Shown: piece after piece, positions 62,647-64,000 of the stretch | Layout of the letters: each line of letters begins with the position of its first letter | Numbering within the stretch: the first letter of the stretch is position 1 | IMG/VR virus record: IMGVR_UViG_3300038393_002515 | Length of the DNA: 64,000 bases | Reading direction: 5' to 3' (one strand) | DNA from: a virus | The notes under the pieces: model-generated | What the model saw: only the letters and a program-made list of their open reading frames with translations | Database searches by the model: none | Told to the model about the DNA's origin: nothing | Program-made: the position numbers and the translations under genes

Positions 62647-62677
62647 GGACTACCCGCCGTTGATAAGGAGCATGATC

Positions 62678-64000
62678 ATGAACAACCTCGACACCCTCCA
62701 GAGCATCCTCGACGGCTACTACCACGACGGCGCCGACCTGGAGACCCTCGCCGCCCAGGTGAGCCGCCTCGCCGCCGAGACCCGCGCCCCCTCCCTGCTC
62801 GCCGCCGCCGAGGGCTACTACGGCAACACCCTCGACGCCGAGGAGTTCATCGGCCTCGCCGCCAGCGCCCGGCGCGAACTGACCAACCCCCAGCCCCAGG
62901 AGGCCCCCACCATGCCGACCACCCCCGCCCCCGCCGAGGACACCGTGACCCTGCGCATCCCCGGCCGCGTCGCCGCCTTCTTCCAGGACCGCACCCCCGA
63001 CGCGCACGCCAGCCTCGACGCCATGGACCGCGACATTGCCCGCGCCCTGGACACCGCCGAGGAGCGCCGCCACGGCAAGACCGGCACCGTCACCATCATG
63101 ATCACCACCCCCGCCGTCGCCGCCGGATTCCTCGCCACCCTCGCCAACCTCTGCGAGATCGAGTTCGACGCCGACGACGCCGACACCAAGACCGCCACCG
63201 CCGGACTCGCCTACGTCCAGCGCTGCCAGGCCCAGGGCATCACCACCACCATCCCCGACGACTACCGCATGCAGGACCCGGCCGCCCAGGCCGCCCTCGA
63301 CGCCGACCGCGCCCAGGCCGCCCAGGAAGCGCAGCAGCGCGCCGCCCAGCGCGAGGAGAACACCACCCACCGCGCCGCCTGGGAGTCCCTCACCCGCGAG
63401 GAGCGCCAGGAGCGCACCACCGCCCTCCTCGACGCCGCGTGCACCGTGCTCGGCCTCCAGCGCGCCGACCGCCGCAACTGGCTCGACATGGGCAGCGTCG
63501 CCGCCAGCGTCACCGACGGCCGCCTGTACATGGAGGTCCGCCGCCTCGCCGACCCCACCGCCCAGCCCGCCCTCGACGCCGCCCGCAACGCCCTGCAGGC
63601 CGCCGGATGGACCGTGACCGACTGGGGCACCCACTTCTACGCCCAGGCCCCCCAGGAGCCCGCCCAGGGGCCCCAGGAGGCCCGGGAGGTCCTGTTCACC
63701 GACCACCACCGCTGCGAGCACCGCAAGACCGCCAGCGCCGACCACGCCCCCACCTGCCCCGTGTACGACGAGGGCGCCACCGCCGAGCGCTGCACCTGCC
63801 ACTACTCCGACGCCCTGTGCGAGGAGCGCCAGACCACCGCCACCCCCGTCACCGTCGAGTGGACCCACACCGTGCGCGGCCACCGCAACGGCACCGCCCG
63901 GATCGGCTCCACCACCTACCGGATCACCCACATCACCCACGCCAGCCGCAAGCGCGGCGCCCTGGGCGACCACCTCGCCCACACCCCCGCCGCCGACGGC
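62678..64000 (+). CDS. hypothetical protein, 3'-truncated by window edge (absent from supplied ORF track)
   Basis: AAGGAG SD precedes the ATG. 441 codons are open to the window end and nearly all end in C or G. The 507-aa minus-strand ORF here is a shadow. Confidence 0.7.
   Translation, partial: MNNLDTLQSILDGYYHDGADLETLAAQVSRLAAETRAPSLLAAAEGYYGNTLDAEEFIGLAASARRELTNPQPQEAPTMPTTPAPAEDTVTLRIPGRVAAFFQDRTPDAHASLDAMDRDIARALDTAEERRHGKTGTVTIMITTPAVAAGFLATLANLCEIEFDADDADTKTATAGLAYVQRCQAQGITTTIPDDYRMQDPAAQAALDADRAQAAQEAQQRAAQREENTTHRAAWESLTREERQERTTALLDAACTVLGLQRADRRNWLDMGSVAASVTDGRLYMEVRRLADPTAQPALDAARNALQAAGWTVTDWGTHFYAQAPQEPAQGPQEAREVLFTDHHRCEHRKTASADHAPTCPVYDEGATAERCTCHYSDALCEERQTTATPVTVEWTHTVRGHRNGTARIGSTTYRITHITHASRKRGALGDHLAHTPAADG

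Larger units (their letters stand above)
1..64000. mobile_element. Segment of a high-GC actinobacterial temperate phage / phage-plasmid genome
   Basis: Contains terminase large subunit, its own replisome, tyrosine integrase and polyvalent effector proteins. Genes are co-oriented and tightly coupled, and several are actinobacteria-specific families. Confidence 0.7.

Overview
Very GC-rich DNA with strong GC3 bias. The gene content is actinobacterial and Streptomyces-like (WhiB, WhiJ/DUF397, SAV_5884-type graspetide), and the window reads as one segment of a temperate phage or phage-plasmid. Genes are tightly packed, mostly on the + strand, and often coupled by ATGA/GTGA overlaps. From left to right I see five blocks. 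(1) 0-17.6 kb is a self-encoded replication and recombination module: DnaC-like loader, DnaB, WhiB-like, DnaG, a gp32-like SSB candidate, DnaE, RecA, an Hjc-like nuclease, a Cas4-like nuclease and RuvC-like. (2) 17.7-24.8 kb holds a sigma region-4-like regulator, ORFans and the large terminase. (3) 25.1-31.8 kb holds two giant multi-domain 'polyvalent' effector proteins, the second with an embedded out-of-frame antitoxin-like ORF. (4) 32.6-45.8 kb is a mostly minus-strand lysogeny/cargo island with two tyrosine recombinases, a two-gene graspetide RiPP cluster, a WhiJ/BldB/AbaA-like trio and several conspicuous repeats. (5) 45.8-64 kb is an ORFan arm cut into 10 terminated transcription units. 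Each unit is headed by the same ~30-nt promoter-plus-palindromic-operator block, and an 11th copy lies at 32.6 kb. Two covarying tRNA-like intercistronic elements lie inside this arm. I found no rRNA, canonical tRNA or CRISPR array. All functional calls rest on motifs read by eye, and no database search was possible.
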